64,000 nucleotides of DNA from Ascidiella aspersa (Eukaryota), in NCBI GenBank assembly GCA_963924565.1, contig OZ004612.1, positions 23,002,001 to 23,066,000 on the forward strand, given 5' to 3'. A model generated the notes under the pieces. The model was not told the origin of the DNA, ran no database searches, and saw nothing but the letters and a program-made list of their open reading frames with translations. A program made the position numbers and the translations under genes. Of this stretch, positions 60,801-64,000 are shown in pieces. The stretch's first letter is position 1. Every line of letters starts with the position of its first letter.

Positions 60801-61633
60801 TTTTTGCTTTTTGTTTTGGATGATTATGTGGCCAATAACATTTCTTTTTCTTCTGTAAAATATAAAATATATATACACTGTGCAAATCACTCTATACAAA
60901 ATTATTAAAAAACCTAATGTACCCAACCATTAACAATAAACATACATTGAATTAGGTGTGTATACAGAAATCTAATAAAGAGGGTCTCGGATTTTCAACT
61001 AAGCAAGTTCCCCATTTTCCGTCTGATGCTAATGATTGCTTTGAAAAGCCATACAACGCTGTGGGACAGTGGGCATTAATTATTTCAAATAATTGCTCTG
61101 CAAGAAGTGGTACGCCTGGCAGTGAGCGTCCAAGTGAAACAAGATCGAAAAAATGAATACACCTTCTTCATAGCAAATTTTTTTGGAGTACAAATGAACT
61201 ATTGTATTTGCTGAAGTGTCGAATAAACAATTGCCGATCAGCCAACCTGAACGAATAGAGAAAGGTGACAGAGAAAAAAGTCCAGTGTTTATGGTAGGCC
61301 CAGGAGGAAACAAGAGACGAAGTCAACGTTTATCGATTTTGGCTTTGCATTAGCTTCATATGACTGAATTACATTAAAAAAATATTGTGCCTATACACCC
61401 CCTGGTTACGCCACTGCATTTAATCAAGTTTTACAAAGTGAGACTTTTCTGGGAATGCAAAAGTGTGACAAAGAGATAAATATTATTTAGATGTTAACTG
61501 TGATAGGTATTAAAAGCAATTAAGAATTTCATCCAACAAAAAATATATTTACATCATCCGTTGTAAAAATCCATGAATTGCACACAACTTCTACCGTTTC
61601 TTCATCCAGAAATTCAACAATTGCAAAGGACAT
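57865..61633 (-). pseudogene. Multi-exon accessory gene of the EnSpm element (DUF4806-like ORF2), probably internally deleted
   Basis: Spliceable exons MSFAIVEFLDEETVEVVCNSWIF (61553-61633), KCYWP...WSIYNVRVF (60738-60852), DYSDAL...ETS...KKRPRRY (60547-60669), PLDNEIEFSELEENL (about 58630-58800), FLKHAPNKPGG (about 58390-58490), stop at 57865. Confidence 0.55.
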
Positions 61634-62208
61634 CTAAGTACAGTACAAGATAACTATTTATGGGAAAAAATAAAAATTTGAATAGTACATTTTCATCTTA
61701 TAAATGCAAGAAAGCTTTAATAAGAAGTTGAAAATATTCCAAAAGAATACAGAAAAAACTGGCAAACTACTATACCAAAGCTGTTTCACATGGCAACCAT
61801 GTGATCCATTTAATTCAGAAAAGCTTCTTTTCAATATATAAATGTAACTGTTTATTTACAAACTAATGTGTACCTTACCTTGTATCCACTTTTGTTACTA
61901 TGTAAAATATAAATGTATTACCTTTTAACAAAAATAAATCCTAAAAAAAGAGTCATTCTGTTAGTGATTTTACCCAAAAGTGTCCCAAATGAATGATAAA
62001 ACAATACATTATTTAAATCAGGGGTCGGCAACCTACGGCCCGCCAATGAAATCCATCCGGCCCGCCGTCTCTCAGACAAATCAGACACGAGTCTATCATT
62101 GCAAAATTCATTATGCGTTTGGTTTTCTAACATTTTTTTATTTTCGGCAATGTAATACTTGTAAAAATTTAAAAGAAATATCTGTATACCAAAAAAAAAT
62201 CGGACTTG

Positions 62209-62964
62209 CTATGATAGTTGTACTTTTTTGTTGCCATGCATCCATGTCAATAAAAGTTTTTTCATGACACCTAAGCAAGTTTGATGCATGTAATCCAGAG
62301 GAAACTGTTGAATCATGTTCATTGGCAACTCCAGGAAAGGTGAAATCCCTATGTGGTGCTCTTTGTTAATCTGGTCCCGGAAAGATTGATCACTTCTCAT
62401 TTTAAATTTTACACATTCTGGGTATAGGTGATTCTTCCTAACCATAGACCCTTTTGTGTACAAAAATCACAACCATAATACCCATTAAATGATTTTGTTG
62501 ATTTTACTATTGATCGGGCAGGGGCATCACATATAATGCTTTGAAGCTTGATATAAATTTTCTGACTTTTCCACATAAGAGATATAAATTTTCTGACTTT
62601 TCCACACAAGTTTATTTTGAAACAATGCTTTTATATCTTCTACAGTGTCTTTAAGAAAATCTAGATTAGCAGGTTTTGAACATCCATAAAATAGAGCAAT
62701 AGGAAACACACATGATGGCTGTAAATTATTAATACTGCATAGAATAGGCCACAAACATTTATTTGAACTTTTAAAAAGTGGCAACCCATCAATATTCAAC
62801 CATATATGTAGGATGTCTGGAAAGCGCTCATAAAATTTGGAAAGTTCAGATAAATGATTAAATAGCTGAGTTTGCAAGGAAAAGTAAAAATACTCCATTG
62901 AGGACCTTTGTTCCAAATTAACAGTTTTTGGAGTTGCTAGTAGTGTATGACAACTGGATGGCAA
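62209..62964 (-). pseudogene. EnSpm/CACTA transposase fragment
   Basis: NIDGLPLFKSS...WPILC, IICDAPARS...GYYGCDFCTQKG, FPLDYMH.TCLGVMKKLL spread over three frames; a ~31-bp tandem duplication near 62550-62606 breaks the frame. Confidence 0.85.
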
Positions 62965-64000
62965 GTAAGAAATAACGGCGCTCTTTCACTATTGTACGTG
63001 AAAAGTTATGCAAAAAAAAATAATAATAATACCGCTTACCACAACGCATATTGTTTGGGTTAGGGTGCGGGTTAGCGTTTGGGTAAGGGTGGGTCAAGTA
63101 ATATTTTGTTTATTATTAATAATAACTTGACCCACCCTCAACCAAACGCTAACCCGCAAATTTTAAAAAATTTTATTGCGGTACTTTTTTATGTCCTTAC
63201 ACAATGTAGAATTTTAAACTTATTCCAGCTTCTGTAGATGTTGTGTTTTATCGTTAATATTAACGTAACTCTATGTGCAATGTATAGTTTTGGAAATGGG
63301 ATTTTAAGGTCTGGTTTAAAAAACTTGTTCGAAGAAAAAAACAAATCTGTTTTTTTAACTATTAGATAACTTTTTTACATTGTTTCATCAAACGTTTTTA
63401 AACGTTTTATATAATACGTTAGAATTTTACATTTGTATAACATTTACTCTATCCATTTTAAGCCTTAACTAAAAGACATTTTTCTTACAACGTTTCAGTC
63501 AAATGTTTAAAAAATGTTGTTTGTTAACATCAATATATGGTTTCGGTTTCACGCAACAAAAACGTTCTTTCAAAACGTTATATATTTTCAAGAAACAACA
63601 ACCCACATTTTTTGACTGAAAACGTCCTGCGAGCGTCGGCATGTTACGATTATTACGACAACGTCTATTTTACGACTTTTGTAACGGTATTTAAACGTCA
63701 TATATAATACGTTAGATTTTTACCCTGATATAACATTTACTCTATTATTTTCAAGCCTTAACTAGTGGACAACTTTCTTACAACGTTTCAGTTAAACGTT
63801 TAAAAAACGTTGTTTGTTAACATCAAAATATGGGCTGGGTTTCACGTAACAAAAACGTTTTTATTTCAAGTTATATTTTTTTGTCTAAAAAACGTCTTGA
63901 AAACGTATGAATGTTAAGGTTATCATGAAAACGTTTATTGTACGACTTTTATAACATTATTTTGACGTTATATTTAATACGTTAAAATTTGACCTATTTA

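Larger units (their letters stand above)
57172..64000 (-). mobile_element. Degenerate EnSpm/CACTA (CMC superfamily) DNA transposon extending past the window end
   Basis: Terminus CCCAGCAAAC; AACGTT-rich subterminal repeats at 57180-57580 and 63330-64000; transposase and accessory-gene remnants; nested MITEs (58026-58275, about 59100, 59512-59745, 59780-60147, about 62019). Confidence 0.8.

Overview
AT-rich, intron-containing animal genomic DNA, most likely from an ascidian tunicate (inferred from a multi-copy Tbx6-related cluster, short introns and Zic/Tcf/E-box-type promoters). It is not prokaryotic, so most ORF-track entries are exon fragments or antisense shadows. From left to right: (1) 0.6-7.4 kb is a pile of nested hAT-type MITEs. 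(2) 9046-16449 (+) is a complete 10-exon gene for a 408-aa protein with signal peptide, ZP module, furin site, EGF-like domain and TM segment. (3) 17-23 kb is transposon debris, including a Gypsy remnant split by a Penelope-like (GIY-YIG) element. (4) 23-56 kb is a cluster of six intact T-box (Tbx6-related) genes, here named A(-), B(+), C(-), D(-), E(+), F(-), all assembled by hand with GT-AG introns in conserved phases. The cluster also holds at least two pseudogene remnants and several gene-less copies of the promoter/enhancer cassette, arranged as divergent pairs and inverted duplications with mosaic (gene-conversion-like) similarity. (5) From 57172 to the window end is a degenerate EnSpm/CACTA transposon. 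The most notable signals beyond annotation are minimal Penelope-type hammerhead ribozyme motifs inside host introns (one with an intact core, antisense in Tbx gene B intron 5), a beta-TrCP-like D(E/D)GxxS degron conserved in the otherwise divergent Tbx6 C-termini and lost in paralog D, and orphan promoter cassettes pointing antisense into the 3' ends of intact paralogs.
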